From Eledone cirrhosa (Eukaryota): 64,000 nucleotides of DNA. The notes under the pieces were generated by a model that searched no databases, had not been told where the DNA came from, and saw only the letters and a list, made by a program, of their open reading frames with translations. The position numbers and the translations under genes were made by a program. The stretch is from the NCBI GenBank assembly GCA_964016885.1, contig OZ024741.1, positions 39,618,001 through 39,682,000 on the forward strand, written 5' to 3'. Below, piece after piece: positions 13,834-28,190 of the stretch (position 1 is the first letter of the stretch; the number at the start of each line of letters is the position of its first letter).

Positions 13834-13871
13834 ATCTTCTGATGAAAGACTAGTGACCGAAACGTTAAGAT
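13834..13871 (+). ncRNA. Minimal hammerhead, family E
   Basis: ATCTT-CTGATGA-AAGACTAGTGACC-GAAACGTT-AAGAT. The best copy is 57118-57153 (-). Confidence 0.7.
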
Positions 13872-13993
13872 TCTCTTCCTAATATATTTCTTCCATGTAC
13901 TGTGCTGTTTGTTTTGTTATTTTTGTTATTACTTTTACTTAAATACACACACACACACATATATATATTTTAATAAATATATATTTATATATA

Positions 13994-14215
<222 letters not shown>

Positions 14216-14406
14216 GGAACTAGTAAGACCCCGACAGCTGAGCTCAAGCCGTTTCGACGGCTAATTCTGCGTCCAGAATTAGCCGTCGAAACGGCTTGAG
14301 CTCAGCTGTCGGGGTCTTACTAGTTCCTATTACCCACTCTACTACCTCAAGTATTGAGTACTTTGGTGCGTTATGGTCCACCTGGTTCCTTACCACATTT
14401 CCTTCG

Positions 14407-14409
<3 letters not shown>
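14216..14409 (+). mobile_element. Family A element with perfect 56-bp fold-back
   Basis: Arms 14214-14269 and 14274-14329 around a CGTC spacer; flanked by (TA)n. Confidence 0.9.
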
Positions 14410-14450
<41 letters not shown>

Positions 14451-14551
14451 GACTAGCGTCTGAAACGTTAAGACCTTCCTGCTATATCAAGCGTTAACCT
14501 AATATATCACTACCATATACTGTACCGCTTGTGTTGTTATTTCTGTTTACC

Positions 14552-14611
<60 letters not shown>

Positions 14612-14621
14612 GCGCATATAT

Positions 14622-14688
<67 letters not shown>

Positions 14689-14840
14689 CCTTGAAATAAA
14701 ATGAAAACGAAATTTCATTTCTCACTCTTAGTATGGCAGTTACTTAAATGTAAGTATGTATGTATACGTACATACATATATGTATACAGACGTACAGTAG
14801 TACATACATACATACATACATACATACATACATACATACA

Positions 14841-15225
14841 TGGTGGCTGCCAACTCGTTTTCGAGTACGGCCACTACTTTATATCCATGTAGGAGAACCC
14901 CTGCCGATATGCGAACGAGTGTGACTTTTTAGTCCAGCCAGCGACTTGAAAACTCTGGTACAAACACTACACCTGTGACAATTATTGACACATAGTGCTG
15001 GGCCCATGGTACCATGTGACGACAAGTGCAGAGAGATCTCCAGATATAAAGCAATGCCTGTGTCGTGAAGCTTTTATAGTGAGCAAAGGCACTGCACAAA
15101 GCCAGTCCCACTCTCTTAACCAAGATGATATTTACCAAAAAGAAGAACAAGTCAACATCATTGGATACCATCAGGGTTGCAGGTGTTATATCAGAGTTTT
15201 CCTTCTCCTAGAATTCTGCCTTGAC
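14841..15225 (-). mobile_element. Dispersed non-LTR-like repeat associated with (TACA)n (family Q)
   Basis: 14841-14982 matches 37657-37800; both abut (TACA)n; an RTE-like UTR motif is at the distal end. Confidence 0.55.
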
Positions 15226-15373
15226 ATACATACATACATACATACATATATGTGTATATATTGATAGATTCATATATTGCAGTATTGGAACCGAGAATTT
15301 TAAAAATCAAGAAGTACTCCACACATTGTAAGATGCAGAGTGGGTATATGAGGGCACGATCTACCGTAAGCTC

Positions 15374-15489
<116 letters not shown>

Positions 15490-15549
15490 TTACATATACA
15501 TATACATATATATACATATAAATATAGATATATAAACACTCTCTCTCTC

Positions 15550-15616
<67 letters not shown>

Positions 15617-16045
15617 GTATATATGTGTGTGTGTGTACATATGTGTGTGGTGAGATATATGATAAATACTTCGAAGCCATATAAGTGTGTAGGTAATTAC
15701 TCTGGCATATTTAAATGTCTGAGTTTTACTGATTTGTCTATAGACGAAAAGTGTTAATCGATTTGGCTCGAGTTTCGAAACTTGTTGTACACCCATCCCA
15801 CTCTAGAATGTAACACGCAGCTAATGGCTTTATAAGCCGAACAAATATGTTTATATCGGCCAACTTGGGGTTCCAAATGTCTATATACCCGAGAAGCCTC
15901 GCGATGAGATCGAATTTAAAAAAAACTGAAACATGCCAGCCTCTGGAAGAGTGTGCACCATATTTGTCGATTACTCATCCTCAAAACCGACGGAGATCCT
16001 GCTTTTATATATATATATATATATATACATATATAGGAAATATAT

Positions 16046-16196
<151 letters not shown>

Positions 16197-16197
16197 C

Positions 16198-16233
<36 letters not shown>

Positions 16234-16419
16234 GTATATACATACATATATATATATACACACATATATATATGTATATACACAGAGAGAAACGAACATG
16301 TATACAGATATTACGTATAAAAATACATACATACATACACACACACAGACACACATGCATACACACACACAAACACATACACAAACACACTTACACACAC
16401 ATGTATATATGGGCCACTA

Positions 16420-17035
16420 ATAAAAAGCAAAGTTGACATTTCTCAGAACCTTCCAGTCGAGAGACATCTAGACTATAATACTTCTCTTCTCCACTTTTGC
16501 CCAACCCCACCTTAAATACTGTTATCCACTGTGGTCTCCACACACGAAACAAAGTATCATGAAGATTGAAACTCCTCAACGGTCAATCACGAAAAAGATA
16601 GATGTCAGGCCAGGTCTTCACTATTGGGGTCGACTAGAAAGCCTCATACATTACTCTCTCCAACGCCGCCGTGAGCGTTACATTATCTGGATGATGCGGA
16701 ACATATTTCATCAGCATTGTCCAAATGATGTTGGCATCACCTTTAAAGTAGACTCAAGACTTGGGCCACCCTGCTATCTTCCCCCATCAAAAATCAAACT
16801 CGCATCTCATAACAATTATTTCACCTCAATTGGCTCCGTTCTCTAACATTACACGAAAAAACATTAAAACAGAAAGAGTTAAAGAAGTATTTGGACAAAA
16901 TCCTCAAGAAATCAAGATTGAACCTCCTACACGCGGATATGAGTGGGCCATGGTTTCCAAATCCTGATTTTAAAGACTTCGCCAGGTGGTGCTATTAAGT
17001 TAGATATGGTCTGGGCCAATACTGGCCGAAACCTA
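16420..17035 (+). mobile_element. Decayed CR1/L2-clade LINE ORF2 C-terminus and 3' UTR
   Basis: Translation ...LWSPHTKQSIMKIETPQRSITKKI...YWGRLESLIHYSLQRRRERY fits the CR1-type post-RT motif (WSP...IE.VQR...Y.ERL..L.L.SL..RR.R); frameshifted. Confidence 0.8.
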
Positions 17036-17050
17036 TCAAAGTTATCAAAG

Positions 17051-17098
<48 letters not shown>

Positions 17099-17499
17099 GT
17101 GTCTGTGTGTGTGTGTATGTGTGTGAGTGTATGTGTGTGAGTGTATGTGTGTGTGTGTGTGTGTGTTTGTGTGTATTTGTATGTATATATCTATATGTGT
17201 GTGTGTGTGTGGGTGAGTGTGTATATGTATGTATATATCTATATGTGTATGTGTGTGTGTGTGTGTGTGAATTCAAATATACATATATGTACACTTATAT
17301 ACGTGCAACTATTCTATTACAAATATACATTTTGTTAGCATTCTGAGAATGGTTGGCTCGTGTATAAGTTCAAAATATTTCTTATTGAGGGAGTAAATGA
17401 GAGCAACCGAGCTATAGAAGATATTTTAACTGTTACCTCGCTAACTAATATATATATCCTCTGTTTTCCCAATAACTTAGCTAGTTATTGAACGCTGTG

Positions 17500-17562
17500 G
17501 GGGTAAATATATTGTCTTTAAAGAGTTGAAATATCCGAGACCCCAGTAGACAACTGATGAGG
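17500..17562 (+). ncRNA. Candidate rearranged (pseudoknotted) hammerhead
   Basis: ATAT-A-TTGTCT ... GAA-ATAT ... AGACAA-CTGATGA; see first finding. Confidence 0.5.
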
Positions 17563-17641
17563 ACCCCCCCCCCGTCTTGCTTTCTTCATATTCTATTCCT
17601 CTATTTTTAAACCTACCTTAACTAGCAACTACACAGTCACA

Positions 17642-17799
<158 letters not shown>

Positions 17800-18158
17800 A
17801 ATATATATTTATATATATATATATATATATTGTTCTTTGCCAATATATATATATATATATATATTAGCAAAGAACAAAACAAAAACAAGGAGTGCAGTTA
17901 CGATCAGTGTTGGTATTAGGTTGACGCTTGAGAGTGGAGATATATATATGTAGGTATATGTTTGGACGTTATTTTCATGCTCTGTAACAATTGATGAAAT
18001 ATGTACCAGCTCCGAAGAAATAATTACTCGCCTCGGTATGATCGACACAATTTAATCGAAGGGTTCCCCGGCGTGACCTATTACTAAATCTCGCAAAACA
18101 ACACTCACACAAAGATAGATATATAAATAAATAACTATATATATATATATATATATAT

Positions 18159-18379
18159 CGACATTCGATCAACTTTCGTCAAATCTGACCGAGGAAACAA
18201 TGTTTCCGTTGGTCTTTCCAATTGCTAATACTATCTATCGGTCGCAACTCCAGGTAGAAGGAGCAACGTGAAATAAAGCGTCTTGCTCAAGGACATAACG
18301 CATCGCCCGGTCCAGGAATCGAACTCACAACCTCACGATTGCGAATCCAATTCTCTAACCACTCAGCCATACGCCTTCA
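18159..18379 (-). mobile_element. SINE family P
   Basis: Reverse complement of 5404-5605, lying within (TA)n. Confidence 0.85.
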
Positions 18380-18770
18380 ATATATATATATGTGTGTGTG
18401 TGTGTAAAAGGTAAACAAACACAATCGGTACAGTATATGGAAGGTATATATTAGGTTAACGCTAGATATAGCAGGAAGACGGTCTTAACGTTTCGGAAGC
18501 TAGTCCTTCTGTTACACATATATATATTTGTTTCTACTTTTGGCACAAGGCCAGCAATTATCCCAGTGTATTACTGGTACTTTATTTTATCGACCCCGTA
18601 AGGATGAAAGGCAAAGTAAACCTTATATATATATTGTTATATAGGGAGTCTTGTAATCCTGGAGTTTCGCCTGTTTACCATAGGGTCATCAGTCAAGAAC
18701 AGGCGAAACTCTATATTAACACTACTTCGGTATTGAGTGCACTCTTCTCTAAGCTATCAACTACATACGA

Positions 18771-18815
<45 letters not shown>

Positions 18816-19144
18816 CGAAAATTATAGCTTCTTCGAATTAGCTGACTATAGAAAAATAGTCAAACTAATAGTACGTATAAGTAAAGTTAAATGGAAAAAA
18901 GGGCATTAGCACCAGCGGGTCTCGAACCAACACCTAAGCTACATGAAGTTGTTAATCTGAAATGTTTACTTTTGAGTGTTTATATGCCCTCTTATCTAGA
19001 GTATTATTTTACAGTAAAAATAATTCGATGAAGTTTTAACATCCTCATAATGTTAGGCTTATATGAATGGGCCGTACATGTGGTACTGTGCAGCTGCTAC
19101 TTCGGCTATACTCATTATTATATATATATATTCATGTACATATA

Positions 19145-19218
<74 letters not shown>

Positions 19219-19220
19219 CA

Positions 19221-19272
<52 letters not shown>

Positions 19273-19327
19273 TCCAGAAATAGCCATCGAAGCGGCTTGA
19301 GCTCTGCCGTCGGGGGACATACTTGTT

Positions 19328-19378
<51 letters not shown>

Positions 19379-19439
19379 TATATATATATATTTATGTATA
19401 TAGATATGTAAATATATATATATACATATAAGTATATAT

Positions 19440-19494
<55 letters not shown>

Positions 19495-19865
19495 ATATTA
19501 ATTTAACAATGAAAATAATAACAACTAAGTCAAGTTATTTTACCTATTCCGATCGTTTCGGAGGGTTGATCATATTATATCTACTTTACGGACCCTACCA
19601 CGAAGGGTAGACCACATTGAATATATATATATATTCAATGTTGCCTTAGTTAATGTGACCTTTGTCATCTATCATTTATTTAGATAGAAAGGGATGACGG
19701 GATGTTGTGAGAATAATGCTGAACCTCTGAAAACTTTAACACCGCATTTGAAGTGGCTTCAGTTGGAAATCGAAACCATTTCGCCAGTCTCGCTTCGGCG
19801 AATATATGACGTGGCGTCACCACGTCTGCGCTGTAATAGTTTTTATATAGCCCAATTTTGAGTGT

Positions 19866-19901
<36 letters not shown>

Positions 19902-20037
19902 GCATATATATATATATACATATATACATATACTTAGATACATATTTTATGTATTATATATATCTATTACGCACATACTTATATACATACATACACATAT
20001 ATGTATACATACATACACATATATGTATACATACATA

Positions 20038-20360
20038 CAGGGGTCTCGTTTCCCTTAAAAATGTGAGGGGGACAAACCATGATTTGTTGATTCTTAAAGG
20101 AGCATAAATTGCTTATGGTGTCTTTCCCGGTCCCTATCACATCAGTAAAATTTTACGCTAATTAAATTTTATATATTTCAAATGAAGTTCAGATATAAAA
20201 AAAATAAACTTAAAAAGAATTTATTATATCAAATAAACAAAAAACAAAAGGTTTCTCCCCCGTTCCTGGAAAAGTGTGGTGGTGGTGGTGTGTGTGTGTG
20301 TGTGTGGAGGGGGGGGGGGGGGCACTTGTCTCCTGGTACCCCCCTGAAACAAGGCCCTTG
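20038..20360. mobile_element. hAT-like MITE
   Basis: TIRs CAGGGGTCTCGTTTC / GAAACAAGGCCCTTG; 8-bp flanks CATACATA and CATACGTA (within a TACA microsatellite, so weak TSD evidence). Confidence 0.65.
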
Positions 20361-20731
20361 CATACGTACATACATACATACATGGTAACAGCAAGCAGTA
20401 ATATACATTTACATGCACACAGTTGTTACAGAAAATAAAATCATTCTCTCTTATATGCACATATATATATACACCAGGTCCGAACATAAAAGAACCAAAC
20501 TCTCACTGTCACTGCCTCCTTCTCTCCCCCTCTCCCCATTACTTACTATTGTCAGCTTATGAGGGCCCACGCGATGGCTGCCCCGTGGCCCCGGCGGATT
20601 GAACAGAGAAATACATGTACATACAATCCTGATGGCCTGTCTCAGACGCATCATATACATAAATATAAGTATGTGTGAAGAATGTAGTCAAGTGCTGTAC
20701 CATCACCTTGCGAACGCATAGCCTTAATTAA

Positions 20732-20977
20732 CCCTTTTCATATAACATTGCCTGAAACCAACACTGGTTTTATTATATATAGTTGTATATTTTAAAGTGT
20801 TAATACTTATCTCAACACTTTCCATTATAATTGTTTGTTAAACCTTTGTTATTTTGTTACCAATACTAACTTAACAATGAGAAAGATATTACTAAATATC
20901 TCATCATTCTTGATTATTTTCAAATTTATTTTTGAAAATAGGCTACCTTGTTGATTAGAAATATACTAAGGAAAGGG
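20732..20977. mobile_element. TTAA-specific (piggyBac-like) MITE
   Basis: TTAA-CCCTTT...AAAGGG-TTAA, followed by diverged tandem copies of its right part up to ~21334. Confidence 0.65.
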
Positions 20978-21456
20978 TTAAAATATATGTAATATTTATC
21001 TAAAAATCTTCCATCGTAATTTTATGAAAAAAAATTGATGTCATCAACATCATATTAAGAATAATAAAGTGTTTTACTGAATCTTAAATGTTCCATTATT
21101 TTGTAAACCTTTTGAAATCATAGGTGTTGCTTTTCATTAGAAAAATAACGTAAGAAAAAGTTTTAAAGTTTTATATTTATCTGAAACCTTCCATCATAAT
21201 ATTATATAAGAATCTTTGTTGTGTTCTAAACACCAGCTTGATATGGAGAAACTTAGTTGTGTTACTAAATCCACCCAAAACCATGATTTTCAAGGCAATG
21301 TCTTCCGTTAGAAATATGGTAACGAAACGGTTAACAAAGCATAGACTACTCGCACGAACATTTTAGATTGTATTCAAGTTTGATCACTCGATTGATCAGA
21401 GTGAAGTTGTTGCCAAACACGTATTCCGACCACGTCCTGTCGTGCTTCCTTCCTTA

Positions 21457-21491
<35 letters not shown>

Positions 21492-22149
21492 ACACACCCT
21501 CTCTTACTCGTTCTCTCCTTGTTTCCTACTACCATTACTACAGTAGATTCTTCTCCTCTGAGCCTGCTAATCCCCACGTTCAACCTCCTCTAAGACACAC
21601 ATTTCACTCTTATTTCCTACTTTCGTCACCCATCGGGTGTGTCGTAATCCTCTTCCTCGCGGGTCTTGAACTAACCACTACACTTAGTACTTCTCTGCAA
21701 TGTTGACCTTCTGACATACCCCTCCTCTTCATCATTCAACCATTTGCTTACAAATGTTCAAGAGGAAAGTTAACTGTGTCAATCACACTGGAAGGGGAGG
21801 GCCTGTGTAGATCATAGTCTCAACCCCTTACCTTAAAACAATCTATAAAATGATTGATCAAAGCCAATCAAATACGATTTTCTTTAAAAATAATGCAGTT
21901 ATGTGGAGTGAGGAAAACTTTATAGACGTGATTTAATAATACATTATTGGTACTTATTACGTCGGAGCTTTAACCTGGCCACTTACCTGTTAGAAATAAC
22001 AGGTAAATATATCTCAATTCGCACGTTTGAAAAGAAGGACACATTATACATTGTTGTTATATGCACATTGTGTCTTGGAAAACGATATGGTCACGGCTGA
22101 AAGGCTTTAAACCCTTTTGATACCTACCCATATGAAAACTTTCATTTAA

Positions 22150-22370
22150 CCCTTTAGCATTTAAACCGGCCATATCTGGCCAGAATTCTCTCACCTGTTT
22201 CTGTTCAAATTAGCCCCAACCGGCTCCTCATACTGATGTTAAGGTATTGTTCTCAAAATAAATAATATAAAAATCTTATAGATTCGACATTATGTGAGAT
22301 AATTATGTAAGATAAAGCATTTACTGCAAAAATACAATAGTATATATAGAGTAATGTAAATGCTAAAGGG
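22150..22370. mobile_element. TTAA-specific (piggyBac-like) MITE nested in an older related element
   Basis: Perfect 14-bp TIR CCCTTTAGCATTTA / TAAATGCTAAAGGG with TTAA on both sides. Confidence 0.85.
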
Positions 22371-23242
22371 TTAAAGTCATTACATTTGTCTGTAATCCAT
22401 TCATAATTCTTTTACGTAAGAATGTTTGTTATGTTCCAAATCTTAGTTTAATTATGAAAACGTTTTATTAAATTTTTCCAACATTTTGATTATGTCCAAA
22501 ATTTATCCAAAATCATAGCCGTCCCTCATTAGAAATACCGAAATAAAGAGTCAAAATGTATTTAGGGAAAAAGCGTCCATCATAATTTCATGAAAGACCC
22601 TAGATATTGTTCGAAACACCAACTTAATAATGAAAAAGTTAATTATTGTTTCTACTTTTGGCAGAAGGCCAGCAAATACCCAGTGCATTACTGGTACTTA
22701 TCGACCCCGTAAGGATGAAAAAGTTAATTATATTACTATATCTCTCCAAATGATAGATTATTTCAAAAATTATCTTAAAATCATATGTTGTATTTTTTAA
22801 TAGAAATATGGCAACGAAAGGTGTTAATGTTTATATTTGTCTAAAGAGCTTCTATTAGAGTTTTATGGAAGCATCTTATTTGGAGCTCCAAACACCAGCA
22901 TAATAATACATGTTCAGGGACTAAAGCAGGTATGAATCTTCTAGAATAAATATTGAGAAATGATTCATTACCGAATGAACTACGTTGAATTATCCAGCCT
23001 GATATTATTCTACTCAAAGACAGTTAAACCAATATCCTCACTTATTCTTACTATAATTAATATAGTTTTTTCTTCTGTTTATGGCAAAATAACCACTCCA
23101 CCCCGTGTCGTTATTGACAGTCTGTGGTGGGTGTAGACCCCGGTACTTGAGAGGCACTTATTTTATCAACCACCAACTCCGGAGGGATAACAGTTATATA
23201 CACATATATACACACACATACATACGTACTTTCACACACACA

Positions 23243-23307
<65 letters not shown>

Positions 23308-23372
23308 GTGGGGTGTATATATATATATTTTACGTCTTTTATATATATATATATATATATACATAGGTGTGG

Positions 23373-23465
<93 letters not shown>

Positions 23466-23509
23466 TATATACATAGGTGTGGGGTGGAGATGAGAGTGTA
23501 TGTATTATA

Positions 23510-24050
23510 CGATATTAAGCTGGGGCAAATTACGTTCTTTAGTGTGGTTCAATTGTTAATCCTACTTGAAGTAGGCCCTCGGTGTCCTTTGCATGTAGTC
23601 CAGTAATCCTTTCATCGTCTGAAGTACATCTGGAATACTTTTCCCGGAATGGCTTTCAACACCACCAACGCATTTCACATGATGTACTCTGGGCTCCCAC
23701 ATTGGGAGCCTTTCAGTGGCATCTTCGTTTTTGTGAAAAACCCAATGGTCTAAGAAGAACATGCCTGGGGTATAGGGAGTCTAATGAATGAACAAAATAC
23801 CTTTCACTGTCATGAAACCGTGGATCAGTTACAACAAATGAACCGTGGCATTGTCATGATGCAGCTTCTCGTTTTTCCGAATCCCTCAGATCGTGTCTCT
23901 TGCGCCGATCTATACCAGGAGGAAGACGGAAAAGGACTTCCTGAGAGTTATTCTGCTTCTGTATAACACTTTGTCCTCTGGTTCATATTCGTGAAGTACC
24001 ACGCCTCACTAGCCGAAGAAAACATTTGACGCACTCTTTTGAGCCTTGGT
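23510..24050 (-). pseudogene. Mariner transposase remnant (C-terminal catalytic region)
   Basis: The minus strand reads KLHHDNATVH...TPYTPGMFFLDHWVF...EGAYF across frames, a decayed version of mariner LHHDNAPAH / PPYSPDLAP.DFWLF / G.YF; contains stops and frameshifts. Confidence 0.7.
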
Positions 24051-24370
24051 CACATTAGATGCTACGAGTATAGTGACTGACAATCGTTTGTCGAGGTACT
24101 ATCTGTACACTCATGTCTCCTTTTCAAGTATCACAGTAATCAGGAACTCAGTATTCTTGTAGGCAGTGTCGGATTAAATGAAAATGCTAATTTTACGTAT
24201 TACAGCACCTCACATTTTGGATGCTGGACTGCAACTGGCACATCGAGTAAGGTCACAAAAAACACGCAGACATTGGTGGTTTGCCTAACTTCGTTACTTC
24301 CCTCTTTAAAAATGTGAATTGGATATCTTTTTTTATTCCTATCGTATATATATATATATATATATATATA

Positions 24371-24561
24371 TAACGAAGGAAATGTGGTAAGGAACCAGGT
24401 GGACCATAACGCACCAAAGTACTCAATACTTGAGGTAGTAGAGTGGGTAATAAGAACCAGTAAGACCCCGACAGCTGAGCTCAAGCCGTTTCGACGGCTA
24501 ATTCTGGACTCCAGAATTAGCCGTCGAAACGGCTTGAGCTCAGCTGTCGGGGTCTTACTGG

Positions 24562-24564
<3 letters not shown>
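24371..24564 (-). mobile_element. Family A element with fold-back centred at 24509
   Basis: ...GGCTAATTCTGGA-C-TCCAGAATTAGCC...; flanked by (TA)n. Diverged subfamily copies at 24944-25066, 37885-38075 and 44848-45020. Confidence 0.9.
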
Positions 24565-24614
<50 letters not shown>

Positions 24615-24831
24615 TAGCGAGAATCGCATTTCGGCTATTGGAAATTAGCGAAAAACAACTTCCGAGATGTGTGGCAAGCGCTCCATAGAAACGAGTGAAC
24701 TAGAGCAACAACATATGTTAAAAGGCCAAACACACTGAGACGATGGTTAATCCATTATCCGCAAAGCCATAGAAACGACCAAGCTATTCGGGTCAAATAA
24801 ATAATAAAATATGTATATATATACACGATAG

Positions 24832-24902
<71 letters not shown>

Positions 24903-25066
24903 AGAGGGGGGAGGGGGGAGAGAGAGAGAGAGAAAAAAAGAGAGAACTCGATACTTGAGGTAGTTGAGTCGGGACCCTGACGGCTGACATCTTGCCGTTT
25001 CAACAGCTAATTCGGAACTAACTATTGAAACGGCAAGAGCTCAGCCATCGGGGTCCCGACTCTTTC

Positions 25067-25165
<99 letters not shown>

Positions 25166-25877
25166 TATGTCTGTGTCTGTGTGTGTTTAGTGCGGGGCTC
25201 CATCTATCATTATTCGTATTGTTATGGATTCTAAAATTAAGAAAAGGGCAGGAAATCTTGTCGGATGAGAGAGATTAGACAATGAAATACTCAATTTATC
25301 AACCCACAGAAGGGGTTAATTATAAAGTTGTTTCACACAGCACTGGGAAGGTAAAGAGACCTTACTAATACTTTCACTCTATATGACATTAGTTGTTGAG
25401 GTAATTCAAGTCATGGCCATTTTATCAATGTAGCTGACCCAAGTTTACCTTTTCTAAAGTGTCAGGGTTTTTTTTTTGTTGTTGTATCTTATAAGGCCCC
25501 TTCAGATCAACATTTTCTAACTCAAGATCCTCACAGACTCATTATTAGTTGTGCTTTTGTGTTATTTTTATTTCCTCTTTAGAACCCTTTTTACACAACA
25601 CTTGCCTACATAAATGCTTGTACCCATTTAAACAAACGAATATGTCTGATGAGTCCGTGAGTGCCGAGGGGCCACTCCAGAGTAACATGACTTACCACTT
25701 AACTACAATAAAGAATATATATATATATATCCCACTCTCAAAAGCGTGAACAAAAACAGAGAGGCAGTACAAATATGAGTTTATTAGGTTCACGCTTTTG
25801 AGAGTGGGATATATATATATATATATATATTTATACGTGTGTGTGTGTGTAGTTCTAGGACACGATAAAAAGAGTTT

Positions 25878-25952
<75 letters not shown>

Positions 25953-26549
25953 TAATAATAATAAATGTGAAGACTAAACTCCGAAGAGGGCTCGGTAATG
26001 ATAATATATATATCAAATATTTAAAACCATAGACCAAATATTTATTACAGTAACAGATTAAAGTTTAAGCATATATATATAGATAATGGGGCTGTATGTG
26101 CGTATATGTGTGTGTGAACACATATCATACACCCGTATTTATATAAACATATATTTATTTATATACATATAAATTAATCCTTGCACACTTAGAAACGTGT
26201 GGGGATACATACATATGTAAGAGCATTTAAACATGAATGACTATTTATAATGAAACACATTGCAACTTAATTAATGAAAAATTGTGTGGGGGACTTAATA
26301 AAATTATTAATTATTTCATTATTAAGGTATTTGCAACATAACTTAACAAAAGGTTCTTATAACAAATTATATTATATGGCTTTAGCTGAAACAAAGCACC
26401 TTTTAACATAAGTGCGCAAATAGAAACACAAGCAAATTATGACGGATTGGAATCGGAAGGGTTAAACCAAGTGAAAAAGGATTCTTTCTTGATTTGAGAC
26501 CGTCACTTTCTCTATATGAGACAACTTTGAAAAGTAAAACATACATACA

Positions 26550-26583
<34 letters not shown>

Positions 26584-26666
26584 CATACATACATACATAC
26601 ATACATACATACAGGTGTGCTCGCGCAAACACATGCGCATATATGTATATATCTCTATATATATAT

Positions 26667-27071
26667 AAAGAAAAAAAGATGAAATCGAAAATGCAACTGG
26701 AGTCTTATTTTAAAAAAATATATATATTTATTTGGTTCCTTTACTGGTTTCGCAGTTCTTCTGCTTTTCAAACGCGAACTGGCGCGAAATTTATTATACT
26801 TATTGACCAACCAATCAAATTACTTCTCTAAAAACCTGACGTTTCGAGCCACTTTTCTCCATAAAAAAATAAGTAACATTCAAAGATCAACCAGATGTGA
26901 GAAAAACCACAGACCCTCCATCTCAACTGACCTTTTGAAAAGCAGAAGAACTGCGAAACCGGTAAAGGAACCAAATAAATATATATATATTTTTTTTAAA
27001 TAAGCCTCGAGTTGCATTTTAGATTTAATCTTTTTTTCTTTAAACTTTCACTAGGTGTAGGACACCTCGGT

Positions 27072-27075
<4 letters not shown>
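26667..27075. mobile_element. Family M fold-back pair with U3:A8 hammerhead at 26931-26968 (+)
   Basis: CCTT-TTGAAAA-GCAG aagaa CTGC-GAAA-CCGG-TA-AAGG. Other copies at 8633-8760 and 35091-35415. Confidence 0.8.
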
Positions 27076-27115
<40 letters not shown>

Positions 27116-27243
27116 AACATATATATATATATATGCATATATATATACATATATATATATATACATATATACATATATATATATACATATATATAGAGAG
27201 ATATATACATATATACATATATATATAGAGATATATTTATATG

Positions 27244-27350
<107 letters not shown>

Positions 27351-27357
27351 TTACATA

Positions 27358-27431
<74 letters not shown>

Positions 27432-28011
27432 AATATATATATATACATATATATATACATATAAATATATACATACATATAGTAATAATAATAAATTTGA
27501 AGACTAAAATCCAAAGAGGGCTCGATAAGGATAAATATATATCAAATATATAAGAACCGTAGAATAAATATTTATTAAAATAACAGATTAAAGTTTAAGC
27601 AAAGAATCGCTGCTTTCACCCTTAACGGGATCTTCTGATATATATATATAGATATAGATATACGTACACACAAATATATATATATATGTATATATATATA
27701 TACATATATATATGTATATATATACACATATATATGTATATATATAAATATGTATGTGTGTGTGTGTGTGTGTGTGTACATGTATGTATGTATGTATGAA
27801 AATATATATCCATAGGTATGTGTATGTATACACACCCACGCGCGCAAACACTATGATAGACATACATTTAAATAATAACGTTAATAAAATGAACGTGTAA
27901 TCATAATAATTAACATATAATCATTATATATTCAATTATTAATCCATTCAGATAATTAATCTGTATTGTGCCTGTGTCTACTCTCTCTCTCTCATCTAAC
28001 GACTTAACAAA

Positions 28012-28190
28012 TGGTGGTGGTGGTGGTGGTGAGTGGTTATAGTGGTGGTGGTGGTGGTTATAGTGGTGGTGGTGAATGGTTATAGTGGTGGTGGTGGGTG
28101 GTAGGTGGTGGTGGCGCTTATGGAGGTGGTGGTGTTGGTGAGTGGTAAGTGGTGGTGGTGGAGGTTATAGTTGTGGTGGTGGTGGTGGTA
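28012..28190. repeat. Degenerate (GGT)n repeat with GGTTATAGT interruptions
   Basis: Direct inspection. Confidence 0.9.

Noticed and set aside
19545-19570. Isolated GAAACGATC half-motif on the minus strand (similar at ~7368-7384 and 15708-15740)
   Set aside because: No matching CUGANGA strand; probably truncated PLE ends but not supportable as ribozymes.
25640-25680. CTGATGAGTCCGTGAG hammerhead-like start
   Set aside because: No GAAA, no stem II closure and no stem I partner.
28012-28190. Glycine-rich GGYSGG-like coding exon
   Set aside because: The frame shifts repeatedly and meets TAG/TGA stops; it is better explained as decayed (GGT)n.
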